The position numbers and the translations under genes were made by a program. Positions 42,420 to 55,931 of a stretch of DNA of 64,000 nt are shown piece by piece (the first letter of the stretch is position 1; every line of letters begins with the position of its first letter). The DNA is from Trichodelitschia bisporula (lineage: Eukaryota). The notes under the pieces are model-generated. The model was not told where the DNA came from and did no database searches. It saw only the letters and a list, made by a program, of their open reading frames with translations. The stretch is from positions 1,054,001 through 1,118,000 of the forward strand of contig ML996688.1 of assembly GCA_010356995.1 (NCBI GenBank). The letters are read 5' to 3'.

Positions 42420-45400
42420 TTACTCAACAGGCGTCTTCTCCCGCTTGGACCTTCCAAACCTGAGTCCCCCCTTCGTCATCGCACTCCCCGCATCCGCCGC
42501 CCGCCACGCACTCCTAACAACCACCTGTCCCCCGCCAACCCTCACCGGGGTCTCCGCCCCCCCGCTCTGGTCAGCAACATAAAACACCCCCTCGCCCAAA
42601 TCCGCATCCCGCCCCAACGTACTATGATCCTTCACCACAACCTTGAACGCTGCATCCGGCGCGCAAGGCACGGAGAACGCCTCGCTCTCGCGCGCCCAGG
42701 CGACTTCGCCCTCGCCCGAGGCCTTGACAGCCTTGGTCTTGTGCACTTCGCGCCCCGCGTGCTTCCCGCCCTCTTGCTTAACGTGGACGCGTACGTTTGC
42801 GCCGGCAAAGCCAGCAGCGGAGAGGATGCTGATCTGCGCGGTGCCGGCCTCGGGGCCGCCCGTTACGAGCGCGCTGTGCATCGAGCCCGCGCCCCAGCTC
42901 TTATGCCGGGCGTGCGGGGAGGCACTCGCTGCGACACCTACTTCAGACCGCGCGGGACTGTCGGATTCAACGTGGATGGTCGGGGTTCCGGGCAGCGGGG
43001 GTGTGGCCTCGGCGCCGGATGCGGGGGAGTCCTCGTCGTCGCGCGAGTGCACTGACTTGCGCCGGAAGCCGCGGCCGAGGAAAGACCCCGCCTTCGTGAT
43101 GCCGCCGCCGACCGCGCCGCCGACGGCGACTGCGCCCTTGCCCAGCCCCTTGACGGGCGCGCCTACGACTTTGCCCGGCGCGGCGAAGGTGCCGTGGAAG
43201 GTTGATGAGCCCTGGCGCTGGCGGGCGACGTAGTCCGGCTTGAAGAGGAGGCGGAGGCGGATCGCGCCGGATTTGCCGTCGAGTGGGAGGGAGATTTCCT
43301 TCCGCTGGAAGGGGTCGAGGGATGCGAGATCAATGGTCGTTTTGCCGAGGAAGTCAGCCTTGTCGCCGAGGTCCCAATCGAAGACGTGGACTTCGAATTT
43401 GGCGGCCGTGCGCGAGCGGACGGCGGTTTCGAAGGTCTCGTTCCAGGCGGGGTGGAGGGTTTTCTTTTGCGTCTCAGTCTTGTGGATTTGCTTGCCGTCG
43501 AGGAAGAATTTGCAGTACGGGTCGCTGAAGCCGTTCCTATCGGCTGCGGGCAGGTCCGCTGCGTCGAGCACGTCGACGCGCAGCTGGCCCATGTTGTTGA
43601 CGCTCTCGCTGGGGTCGAGCACCATGCGCACGGGGAGGTACTTGAGGCTGACGGTGACCTGGCTCTCACGGCCGTGGTCGTCGCGCAGATTGAGCGTCTT
43701 CTTGGTGTACAGGCTGTCCTGGAGGACTTTGATCGTTGGGCCTGTGAGTTTGGCGATAACGTGGCTGCCGTCGCCTTTGCCGTTCTTATCGGCGCGCTCG
43801 ATCAGGCGCAGGGTTATCTTGGACTGTTCCAGTTCGCGGACCATGGCGTCGCCTGTTTCGTTGAAGACGTGGTTCTTGGACTTTACCTTGGAACTCGAGA
43901 ATGAGGGGAACACCATGTCGTCCATGAGGACTTCCAGGAAGCAGTTTGTCGACGCAAGGTTGCTCTCATGCAGCGTGAAGACGATGAGCCCGGAATCTAG
44001 GTAACGTCAGCTAATTGCCCAGGTGAAATCTCCAGCCCGTTCTCCAAAGTAATAGATAGCAATAATACGGAATTAATCTGATATCTATTTCTTCGAAGAA
44101 CTCACTGCTGTGTTTGTGTGCCCTACCATAGTCCGTCAGCTTCTCCACCGTCAGCTTCAACTTCTCCGGCTCCGGCTTTTCGGGTAAGCGCATCGAGCCC
44201 TCCCTGTGGCTAGTGCTGGGACGCGAGGCTCGCGATGTGGTCGTGCTGCTGCGAGGCCGCGCGGGTTCCTTCTTGGGCGTGGCGTTCTGCGGGGGTTCCT
44301 TGAGCGGCGTAGCGTCCTTGAGCGGCGTAGCATCTTTCTTCGGAGCCGGAGTCGCATCCTTCGTCGGCGTAGCTGGCACAGCAGGACCTTCAGCAGCAGC
44401 CCCCGCACTCGCCTCGCCATTCACCAGCGTCTCCTTCTCCAACTCCTCCTCCTCATCCGGATCCGCCACAAGCAGCGTCGGGAAAAACGAAGCCGTGTAG
44501 TTGAGCGTGCCCTTCTGCGACTTTCCGCCAGAGAGCAACGGCGCAGGAATAAGCTCCTTGGTATCATTAACCAGATACTCGCCGTTCTCATCCTGCTGCG
44601 CGTATTCGCCCACTGAGAAATCGATATGTCCGAGCGAGCGATCGCGCCCCATGTTTTCTTCGTCCATGACTTCGATGGCGACGCGTTCGCGCACCGTGTG
44701 CACGGGGACGTAGACTACTTCGTCCCAGTCGGGGTTCAGATTGTTTTTCCACGTCACCGTGCGCGCCTTCTGGATGCCCGATAGTAGGACGCGGGCGTAC
44801 GGGTCCGATTTTCCTACCGTTTCGACATTGCGCAGTTCGCGCGCGTTCTTGAAGTACAACCTAAGGACACCGATGGGCTTCATGTACCCATTGCTCCCCC
44901 CAAAGGCACCCGCCAGCGCGACGGGCCGCCACTGTAACCGCATCTTCACGCGCCCCGACTTGGCACCCGCGAGATTGAACCAGTCCTGCCCCTTGGCCAT
45001 CAGGTCCAGCATACCGTCTATCCCGATCTGATAGCTCCCGAGGATGGGGTCGGTGACTAGGTCGCGGTCGTCCTTGATTACGAGGCCTAGCTTCGCCTTT
45101 TTGCGGTCTGTGATCAGGAGTTCGCGGCTTGCGTCCGGCCAGATGGGGTTATTGGTCCGCTTGAGTTTCTTGCTGATGTGCACTTCCTTGCCGTTGAGCA
45201 GCAGCACGGCGTACGGGTTCAACGCGCCGATTAAGCTCTTCGTACCATCTAGTTCGCGGGCTTGCTCGACAGTGAAGCGAACTATGCCCGTCGTCGTCTC
45301 AGGGGGCGGCTCGACAGTCCCATCCTCAAGCCGCGTGGCCTCAAGCACAGGGAAATACCGAATATCAACCTGCACCGCGCCACGGGGCTTTCCATTCATC

Positions 45401-47132
45401 ATAATCTCCAGATTCTCCGCCTCATACTCATTCTGCAGCTCGAGGCGCTCGAGCGGGAACGAAGCATCGCCCAAGTCGCGATCCTTGCGGAACTCATTAA
45501 AGTCGAAGACGCGGATGTTGAGCGTGTCCTTGAGGGACGAGACCAAGACGTTGATAGTATCGTTCCAGCGCGGGTTTGCGGACTCGTGGATGACGCGCGT
45601 GCGGCCTAGTTCGGTGCGGTTGTTGACCATGACGACGGCGTATGGGTCCGTGGTGCCGGATAGCGGGTCGGGATTCTTGAGACCCTGGGCGCCGTGGAAT
45701 GTGATCTGCACGACGCCGACGGCCTGGTCGATCGGCGCGCCGGCTAGCATCTTGGCAACTTCGATGGGGAAGACATTCGGCTCGTACATCATCGGCCCCA
45801 GGTTGTTGTGGATCTGATCCATGATGAACGACTCGAGGCCGGGAATGAAGTTGATGTCGAAGCCAAACGTGTCACCGCCGAGCGGCTTGCACACGTAATC
45901 GATCTTGGGCTTGCCGCGGAAGCAAATCTCCGCACGCTCGATGTGGGGGAAGGGGATCTGCAGCTTAAGCTTGACGCGCATGATGCCCTCGCACGCCATG
46001 TCCTCGACAATCACATCCAGGCCCTTGCTGACGAGACCCTTGCCGATGCGCACCTCGAGCACCACCTTTGGATTCTCCTTGACCTTGATCTGGCGCGCCG
46101 TCATGTCGGCTGTGTCATTGGGATTGAAGCTGAACTTCCAGTCCATGATGACGGTATCATCCTCCGTCTTCGCGTAGGTCTTGACGTGCTCCAGACGCGG
46201 GGGCTTGGTGCCGAGGGTGAATGTCTTAAGGCGGAGACTGTCCAGGAAAGCCGGCGTCGCGGTCGAAAGGACTTGATCCACGGAATCGACGACCGTCTTA
46301 CATAGGATGGGCGCGTAGATCGGCCAGAACTTGACCAGGAAGCTGTTGATCCACTCGAGCGTCTCCTCATCGGTCTCCAGCCGGCTCTTGGCCAGTTCAC
46401 GACGGATATCATCGCGGAAGTTGCGCCGCACACGCCGGTTCGAGGTCCGGTAGTATGAGCCGCACGTAGCCATAACGAGGAAGACCCAGCCCAGGCCTCC
46501 GCCGAGAACGGCAATCATCCAGGACGAGAGGCAGGCGAAGATGATGACGCCGGCATTGTGATACCAATCGCCGAAGAACTTGTCGTTCAGCCGCTCCTCC
46601 AGGAAGGTGGGAATGTCCAGCATGGTAGCGTTCATATCCACGCCCTCAGGAATGGGCAGACCGAACCGCGGCGCCCAACCGACACGGCCCCACTCATCTT
46701 CTTCCTCCACCGAGTCCATATGACCATTGGCAGCTTTCATAGCGGAGGGTGAAAGCGCGCCCGCCGTCGAAGGCGAAGGCAGATCGTACTGCGGAGGGCC
46801 AGTATCCTGCATTGGTCAAGTCAGCAATCAATATCCGCACCACAGTCCACGCAAGCAGTAAGCCCATCTCAAACACGTACCGTATCCACCGCCAACGCCG
46901 AAGCCGGCTGCTTGAAATCCGGCTTCAGACCCGCCGGGATAGCCGCCTCAACCTGCTTCTTCTTCGCCTCCGGAGAGGCATTCGCATCGAACGTGAAGGC
47001 CGGAACGCCGGCCTTGCGGGCCTGGGACACGATCGAGTGCTGCGCGTCCGCGGACGTGACCTTCGAGTCTGGGTCGTTGGCTGCTTCGATGACGCCCTGC
47101 GTCTTTAGCTCGGCTTCCGCCCGAGACGCCAT
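42420..47132 (-). CDS. TCB: Tricalbin (SMP plus multiple C2 domains; ER-plasma membrane tether); introns 46807-46880, 43997-44126
   Basis: Membrane hairpin, SMP (ETLEWINSFLVKFWPIY, FTLGTKPPR), C2 domains (DPYAVV, GKSDPYARV, ADRNGFSDPYCKF). Confidence 0.93.
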
Positions 47133-47767
47133 TGTGGCGGCGGGGTTGGAGTTATGTATGAGAATATGGGGTGGGTGCGCGTGAGAGACGTGTTTTTATT
47201 TTTCGCGGTGGTTGAGGTTTGAGGTTGAGGGGGTGGGGAAGGATGGGTAGTGCGGATAATATGGGTAAAGGCGGGGGAGCGGTGCGCGGACTTGTAGCTT
47301 GTAGGGTGCAGTTACGTAGCAGAGTGGGTCCTTTCGGTGCACTGACGAGGTGTAGGAATTGGTGGATGAGGGGAGGGGAGTGGGGTTCGGGGACGATGGA
47401 GGTGAGCGAGAGGAGAAGTGTAGCTGATGAATGAAGCCTAGACTGGGTGGATAAGGTACGGTGACATCGGTTGTTGGAGGAAGCAATTCGACAGGGAAGG
47501 AGAGCGAGAGGGAGATGGAAGAAATGATGGAAAGTCGAAAGGCAAGGGAAGTTTGGCTCGACAGTCGGTAGTAGTCCAGCAAACACTGGTGCTTAGGGTG
47601 GTGGATGGAATTAAGTAAGTAATGGAGTACGATGAACTGAAGAAGGTTAGGCCCAGCTGTAGGTTGCTGTCGCTAGCATGGTAGAAGGGAAAGAGGAGAT
47701 GGAGTGGGGTTCAGCAGCGGGAGCAGACACCTTGACAGGACGAACGAGATGGAGAGCAAGCAAGACG

Positions 47768-47794
47768 AGAAGAAGAAGAAGAAGAAGAAGAAGA
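47768..47794 (+). repeat. (GAA)n microsatellite upstream of tricalbin
   Basis: About 9 GAA units, with degenerate GAC/GAA extension to ~47820. Confidence 0.85.
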
Positions 47795-49476
47795 GACGAA
47801 GAAGAAGAGACGAAGAACAAGCTGCAAGAAACGCGGCAAGGATTCAGCTTGATCTTCGGCCAAAAACCAAGGCAGACGGGGTAACTCCCTAACATCCTCA
47901 TTAACGCCTCTTTTTCCAAGCAATCAACATCATCAAGAATCCAAAGCTTCCCTCAATCTCTCTGCGCCTCAGTGGCTCCTCTCCTCCAAACCGTGTAGCC
48001 GGACCATCAACCTCAATCAGCAGCGTCATCCGGAGACAGTAACACAAAAGCGACACACATCGAGATACACATCCAGACATTGGGAGTTCACCATCCTATC
48101 CCATCCCATCTTCCAACTCCCCCCCCCCCCCCCCCACCTCCGTCTCTGACAATCCAGCTGCGTTGGCGCGACAAGCTGCGAGCTGCGTACATCCGTACTC
48201 CCCGCCTCCCCGCTCCACCAATTGCACCAGCGCGAAGCTGGCCGGATGAAGAAGAAGCTCCCCAACAGCACACCAAGCAGTTGCTGCACACCCCCCACAT
48301 CAACGGTCACCGATGCACCAATGCCACGGCATTTACATCCGTAGTTCTAGCTGAGACCTAGAACTTTTCCATCACGCCTCACTCTCTTCGCACTCAGCTC
48401 CCCATCAAGTCCATCTTCACCATTCTCCCCTCCATCTTCACCATCTCAACGTCCATCTCCATCTCATCACGAAAGAGCTGCCAACCCAATACCCAGCCCC
48501 CAGTATCTCAGCTCCCCCGCCCATCCCCCATCCGTCTAGCACGTGCATATCGTTGACGCAACCCGTGGAAGATGCCGGCCCCCGATCTGACTGCACCAGC
48601 CACACGGCGGGCTGTCAAAAGGCGAGCCACGCTTGGAACGGCGAACCGAGGCGGACAGATCTCCGCTTCGGGTGGGAATACGGCGCAGAATTAGAAGTTA
48701 CGGCGCGAGAGAGGAAGCCGTACTGTGCTTTCACAGACAGACCAACTCCACCGGCTCAGTTGCCGTTCCTTCACGGCGAACCAGTGTTCATCTGCCCATC
48801 CCAATTCCCCTCCCCGCCCAGCTCGCCGGTCGGCAAGGCTATCCAAATCTCAGCGCCAAAAAAGAAAAGTCTGCATATCGCGATAGACGGTTCGCTTGAG
48901 CTCTCCCGGCTGAAGCACCAGAAGAACTAAACGTGCAGAGTAACGGTTTCCGTGTCACCGAGTGGAAAGTACCGTACAACCCTAATGAAGTCTTGTACAA
49001 GAGTCATCATGGTTCAATTGGCCTTCAATCTCCCCGTCGTACGCAGACTTCGAGTCCAATTCTTCCCCACTCCGTTCTTCGTATTCATCCCAGCTTCCCG
49101 AACCCCGCATCGATCATCCGATCCCCACCTCACCTCACTTCACCCGCTCGGCTTCCTCCGAGCCTTCGCGCAAAGGAACTAGCGCTAGACGCGCCGCAAG
49201 GCTTCACCAGCACCTCAAAGTGGATACAGCTAAAGGGCGTAGCTATTCTACAGAAAATACCTCTGCATACTTCCTTAACCAAATCCAGTACATATCCACA
49301 GAACCTGCGTGCCGTAAAACACATTTCAGCCGCAAAACAGCATGTTACATAACTCGCCACAACGCTATCAGCACCGCCACACCCCGCAAACGCCATAGCT
49401 CGCTAGATACAACCGTATACAGGGTAGAGTCGTCAATCCCCCATCACCACGCCCTCATCATGCCCTCCGAGTATCC

Positions 49477-52124
49477 TCACCGCCACCCCGGCTCCGGCAC
49501 CCCATACCTTCCCCCCTCCCCCCTCGGCGTCCTCCTAGAACCCCCCTTCCCCTCCCTCTCATACGGCTCACTACTAGCACTCCTCTGCCATCGCCCAAAA
49601 TACCCCTCCTCCACCCCCCCCCTCCCATCATGACTCTTCCTCCTCGCATGCCTTCTCTCGCGTTCCCATACCCTCGTCTCCCTCGGACTCCGTCCGGAGC
49701 TGCCACTATAATACCCCCCCTCCCTATCTCTCGCATACCCAGGCCTCCTCCTCCTATCCCTATCCCTATCCTCCCTCGCCCTTTCACTCAACCGCTCCCT
49801 CTCCCTCTCGCTCAACGGCGGTCTCGCCGCCACCCTCGCCACCAAAGGCGGACTCCGGCTCGGCCCGAACCCTCCCCCGGGCACTTGAAGCGGGAACCGC
49901 CCCCCACCCGGACTATGCACGCTATGCCTCCTCCCCTCCGTCTCCCACGGCCGCAGGGGCACACTCGGGGATAGCGCCTCATGACTCCGCCGCTGCCTAG
50001 GGTGTCTCTCCCCCTCTCTTTCCTTATACCTGTCCGAGCGCGGCGGCTCCACAATCCCCAACCCCTCAGTCCGTCGATGCGGACTCCGCGAACCCCGCGG
50101 GGAGCGCCGTTTCCGCACAGGCACATCCGTGTCCTCACTCTCGCTCTCCTCGACATGCACCGCCGGCAACGGGGCGGTGTTAGGAGGGGCATGGCTCGCA
50201 CGCCGCCGGCCGTACCACGGGTCCTGCGTATCGGAGTCCTCGGCCGAGGACACGGCATCGGGCAGGGAATTGCGGCGTGAGCGCGGCCGGGAGCCGGGTT
50301 TTATGAAATGCCGGACATTGGCAAATATCGCGCCCGCTCTGTCCTTCACACTCGGCGCAGGGGCGGGGCGCGGGTGGTGGTGGTGCGCATGGTGGCCATG
50401 CCTATACCGGGGCGGGGAATTCGGATCATCGTCCTCATCCTCCGTCGTGGTATCCATCGTGCCACGGCGCGACCCTGCCGCGAGCTCCTCATGACTCGGC
50501 AAACCCTGAATCTTCGCCTGCAGCGCCGTGTGCACCGTATCATACCAATCCTTAATCTTCGGGTCCGGGGTGCGGGGGAAGAGTTCCTCAGGTAGGATCT
50601 TGGGGAAGGGGGAGTTATCGACCGGATGCCGGATGTCGCAGATACGGAGCGCGGTTTGCAGAAATGCGACGTGTTCGGCGGGGGCGAGGAGGAGCATGAT
50701 CATCTGCCACTTGACAAACCCGATGGTTTTAAGGGCTGGGACCGTGGGGGCGGCGTAGTAATCCGCTGGCGAGGAGGAGCTGGGCGGTGGGGGTTGGAGG
50801 GAGTGCATGCAGTACATTGCAGTGTACGTGCAGCCGATGTCCTTGGGCGTCATGTCTATGAAGAAGACGTCGAAGTTTGCGCCGATGTGCCGGTAGAAGG
50901 CGGCGAGTTGCTCGGGCATTAGGTCGGGGGAGTCGGTTGGCGAGAAGGTATTCCGCTGTGAGAGTTACGGGGCTATTCAAACCAAAAATCGGCCGAGTGA
51001 CTCACGATATAATTCGCAATCCCGCGCAGCAGTGCGTCCAGCTTGGTGCTGGCGGATTTGTCCGGATTGATCATCTGCCCCCAGTACTCCATAGCCTCAC
51101 GCCGCTCCGTCTCCTGCGAGTTGGAACCTTGGGCATAAGCAGTAGAGTCATGAGGCGTATACGCATCCGCAGCCCGCGAAGCCGTGTCGTGTGCAGCGCC
51201 CGCATGCCCGGTAGGAGTCTGCTGCCCCGGGCTAATATTCCCATACAACCCATCATCCCCATCCTCCGGCATCGGCGAGATCGGATCCCCCGCCTCAGCA
51301 GCATCCAGGTCGGGAGCATAGGGGTACGGCCCCGGCGGCGGCGGAGGGAAGTGAGGCATATTCACAGGTGGGGCGGGAGTGGATGCAGCGCTCCCTTGAG
51401 CTGGCGATGCTTGAGCCGACGATGCGGTGGTGGAAGGAACGTATTGTGCTGCTGCGGTGCTGGGGTACTGCGCTGCTGACGTAGTAGGGTACTGTGCTGT
51501 CGTGGTGGCAGGGTACTGCGCGACCGTGGTACTCGGGTAACCCCCCGCCGCGGCAGGTGGATATTGCTGTGCCGCGGCAGTAGCAGGGAACTGCGCGGTC
51601 GCCAGCCCCGTCGACGTCGGATACGGCGCCGTGGTCGCCGCGATCGTAGCCGCGGCCGTAGACGCAGTCGCAGACGTAGGGAACTGTGCCGTCGCGGCCG
51701 ATGTCGACGTAGGATACGGCGCGGTTGTGGAGCCAGAGTGCCCCCCCACAGGCGGCGGCGTATACACGTACCCCGCACTCGCCGTCTTCGCCAACGGACT
51801 CCCCCCCCTTTCCTTCTCCAAGCTGCGCGTCTGGCGCAAGGGGAGCGCGCTCGAGATCGCAGTCGCACTTATCCTCCGCTCCGGCGGCGCGGCGCGGTCA
51901 GTGCTGGGCGTACGGGCGCGCTTTGCAGGTCGTTCGGCGGGGGACAGGGCGGTTTCGGGGTATGGGACGGGTGTTGCGCTGCGGGGGGTAGACGTCGTGC
52001 TTGCGGGGAGGGGAGGGAGGGGCGATGGGCTGGGAAAGGTTGTCGTTGTTGTTGTTGATGATGCTGCTGTGGTGGTGCCGGGAGCGGGAGCGGGAGCGGG
52101 AGGGGTGGGGATGAGCGTCGCCAT
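49477..52124 (-). CDS. DUF7514-like protein with low-complexity A/T/P-rich N-terminus and Arg-rich C-terminus (intron 50956-51005)
   Basis: YWGQMINPDKS..LDALLRGIANYI|RNTFSP..LAAFYR..HSLQP..PTVPALKTIGFVKWQ..APAEHVAFLQ..FPKILPEELFP. Confidence 0.75.
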
Positions 52125-53075
52125 TGTCAGGGTAAGCGAATACCCGTAGCTTTGTTTTTCGACGAAGGAGATGTGGTTGGAGAACGGAAGGGTGGGGAAC
52201 GTGGGGAGGGGGAGGGGGAGGGTTGATGCGCTGGCGATGGCGGCGGGTGTATATAGCTGGCGTCCGGTAGCTCTCCGGGGTCGAAGCTGGTGGTGGCAGA
52301 TCAGCCGATGATTCCTGCGGAATCGACGCAAAGCGCAGCTGCTGTCTCGCAGGTACGGTAGAATCTGCCGTAAGAACGGCCCTTGACTTGCGCTGCAGAA
52401 AGCAGAAGCGGAAAGACTCAATCGATAACCCCAAGGTTATGGCGGTTATCGCTCAGCCTTAAGATGTTCTCGAAGGCAGGCAAGCGCAGGAGGAGAAGAA
52501 GACGGGGGCCGCTTCTGGAAATTACCCGAGGCCAGCTGCCTTGCTGCTCTTCCTGCAGCAGGTCGAGTTCGCGAATGATACCCACCCACAGCCCCCCCCC
52601 CATCCCCCCGCCTCCCAGGCCCCACACCGAAGTGTGCCAGCCTCTCCTCCCTCTTCCCCCCCACCACTCCCCCCGCTGACTGCCTTTTCTTCCAGGCTTC
52701 TGTCCACCCCAACCCCCGGTTAGAAGCCACACGACAGGCGTCATCGTGCTGGCCAGTGTCTCGCCGCCACATCCGCAGCAACGTGCCCACTCCATCTGCG
52801 TGGGCTTGTAGATCATTGCCAAAGCCGGCACACAAGGCAGAAGCCTGTATGCTGATAAAGGGTTGAGGGGTGACTGGCGCACCTGGCAGACTTCACTAAC
52901 AGTATTGCTCACATACATACATACATCACAACAGGCACAGAGTTCAAAGCGTCAATGCTTCCTACTAACTTTTGAAGTCGTTGGCGCAAACGCCTCATGA
53001 ATTACTAATCTATCATGCCACGTTCAAAGCCGCAATAACAGTAACACATAGTGACCCAACTGGCTGAACACTCGC

Positions 53076-55132
53076 CTAGTGCTCGAGCAGCCGCAAGCTG
53101 CCCTGCACCACCACGTTCTCCAGGATCGAGCCAGGTGGAATATCAATCGTCTGGCCCTCGGTTGCGACGATGATGACGGTTCCCTTCAACGTGACGTTGC
53201 GCCCAAGGTTGACCGCACCAGTGATCGTCAGGTGGTCAAGCTCCACAATCTTGGGAATCGAGGGGATGCGAGCCTGGAACGACGACACCTTCTTGAAGTC
53301 GCTACCAAGCTTGATAAGGGGAGCCGGCCCGAAGCGGTTGGGGTCGATGACCAGCTGCCCGTGCTGGAGCGTGTACAGGTCTGACTTGACGAGCATGAGA
53401 TCCGAGCACGTCTTGACGGGCAAGAACCGACGACGAGGGACGTTCACACCGCACGCGTTCTTAAAGTGGCGGATGGCAGCACCGACGGCGGTCTCGAGCT
53501 GGATGACCGAGATATCGGCCTCACCCTTCTTGTCGGCAGGGATCGACTTGGCGTTCGGGATGATCTCCATCGCAAGCTCGTTGTTCTCGACAACACGCTT
53601 GATGGCGCGCAGGTTCAACCAGATGTTGTTCGTGTTGAAGTACTTAAACTTCTTGATGGACTTGAACTCGTTCACGTGCTCCTTGGGAACCTGCGCGATT
53701 TCGAGAAGACGAACCGAACCCTCGTAGTTGATGATCGTGCCACCCTTGACGTCGGCCTTGGTCTTGTCCGTGAGCTCCATGATGTATTCGGCCTTGGCGT
53801 CAACCATGTGCTGAAGGATGCGAAGATCCACGACGGCGCCCAGGTTGTCGGCATTCGACAAGAAGATGATCTCGATTCCACGGTCGATGAGCTGGTCGAG
53901 GATGCCGGAGTTGTACAGCGATTCGAACACATCACCGTGGCCAGGCGGGTACCAGTCCGAGATAGGCGAGTCGGCGGACTGAGGAACCGGCAGGAGGGAG
54001 TCCTTAAGCACACGAGGGTACTTGGACTGGTTGAAGGTGAGGATATCGATGTTGTGGCCCTCATACTTCTTGATGATGTTGGCAGTGTCCGCGTCTGTGT
54101 TGAACGAGTTCATCAGCACGAACGGAACGTTCACGTTGTACGTGCGATTGAGGTACTCGATCTGGCGAACGGACAGGTCCAGGAACGACATGCCGTCACG
54201 GACTTCAATCACGGACTTGGGCCCAACACAACCCATCGAAGTACCCAGCCCGCCATTGAGCTTGACAACAGCCAGCTTGTTCAAGTAGTCCACGGCCTCC
54301 GAGTTGGCGAGGTCCGAGTACTCGACAACCTGACCGGGTTGAGGAGGAGCAATGCGGTTCCAGTCCAGGACGCTGCCCTTGGCCTTGTCATTGAGGTAGC
54401 GACGGAACAACGCGAAGAAGTTGTCCATCTCCGTCTCGAAGCGCTATAGAGTGTCAGAGCAGTCCTCTCAATGTGTAGGGTGCCGTACCTTCTTCTCATT
54501 GGGGTCCTTGACGGTATCGGTAAGGGCATTCAGGCGGTTGCGCATCTGTGACGCTGCGACATTGGTAGATGTGTTTTCGAACGCCTGCGGCACGCTTAAG
54601 TTAGCACCCGGCATCGTAATGATTAATGAGCGAGATTCCAGAGTTAGGGTCCTAGACGTGTGGGGAAGAAAGTGATGGGGAATTTAAGTTTGTTGTGGGC
54701 CGGTTCGTGCTATCGTTCGTAACCAAAGTTGAGAAGGGGCGTTGTCGGACTTCGGGGAAGGAAGATAACCCCTAGTTTTATGGAGGAAGCTACCTCGCTA
54801 GGCCTCTCCTTGGGCGACTTCCCGCAGCTTGTCTCGCACCCCGTTCGAGATGTTGCGCCGGAGAACAATAAGCTGTCGAGAAATCGATCGCAATCCCGTC
54901 AATTCTGGTGACTGCTAGGGGAAGCTTGCTGAAGCTGTCTCGTGGCACACCGTGGCACAGAGAAAGCGCGGAATCCTCATGTCTCGGGCATAATGAAAGG
55001 AATGGGGGAGAAAGAACTTACCACATGCGACTGCGACTTCCCATGATGCTTCCGAGCGAACTCAGAAGCAGCACCGGCGTCGCCGCTCGAGGGGTTCGGC
55101 TTCAAATGGGAGGGAATCGCCTTGGACGCCAT
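53076..55132 (-). CDS. UGP1: UTP-glucose-1-phosphate uridylyltransferase; introns 54585-55021 (437 nt), 54444-54488
   Basis: [60 protein letters not shown] motifs. Confidence 0.97.
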
Positions 55133-55702
55133 TGTAGCTGATTTGCCTGCTTGCGAAGGTGATCAAACAATGAACAAGAGCGAAACAGGGAGGTTTTGGG
55201 TGAAGCTGCAATGGAGCGGTCAGTTTGCAGTGCAGAGCGGTGCGGACGTTGTCTCTTTTCCGGTTGGCACGGGTGGAGTGGGGGGAAGTTGGATGAAGTG
55301 GGCGGTGACGAAATCGCTACTAGCTGGGCAAGGAAACACTGACCTGCAGCAAAACTGGTCAAGGCGTTCTTGCTAGGGTGTGCGGCAGGAAATGTGGGGA
55401 GCTTTAGGGAGTTGACAACGAGTTCTACGAAGATGGTGATGATGCAGGAAAGGGAGTTTTCGAGGGAAGAGGTTGAGGAAACGTGGTTCAGGATTAACGG
55501 CAAAGGCTCACAGCGAGGAGGGAGGATGAAGAAGGGTTCCGATGACGGGTCACTTGTGGAAAGGGCGGCACAAGCAGCGGGGAAGACACAACATACTTAT
55601 GGAACTTCGATGCACCTTCCTTTTCCTCCGTTGACTCTCAATCACGAATGGTGAGAGCCCAATTAGGCAGTACGAAGGCCGCTCTTTTCTTTCTCACCAC
55701 CA

Positions 55703-55931
55703 CCCCTCTATCCCCCTCATCGCCCTTGCACTTTTTTTTTGCTGGGAAACTAGAAAGAATGACGAACTGACCGTGTGTGGCTGTCGTTCTGGCCGCTGGT
55801 CCCTGGCCCGCCGAGAGCAGGGGAGCCGCTAATGGGGCCAATAGAGCTTCGCCGTAGTGGGGGGTGGGGGGTGAGTGGAGGGGCAATTGCAATGGGGAGG
55901 GAGGGCGCTAGTTAGTGGGGGGGATGAGGGG
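55703..55931. promoter_or_regulatory. Cluster of STRE (CCCCT/AGGGG) elements upstream of UGP1
   Basis: CCCCT at 55703 and 55713; AGGGG at 55819, 55879 and 55927. Confidence 0.45.

Noticed and set aside
53466..54449. 327-aa ORF antisense to UGP1 (and similar ORFs antisense to tricalbin and IQGAP)
   Set aside because: Shadow ORFs from GC3-biased codon usage, with no recognisable domains
54585..55021. Possible snoRNA in the long first intron of UGP1
   Set aside because: No convincing C/D box pair or rRNA-antisense element seen
55591..55600. ATAAGT as a Neurospora-type TER terminal donor
   Set aside because: It sits within the UGP1 promoter, downstream of the STRE cluster, and is more likely promoter sequence; not fully excluded
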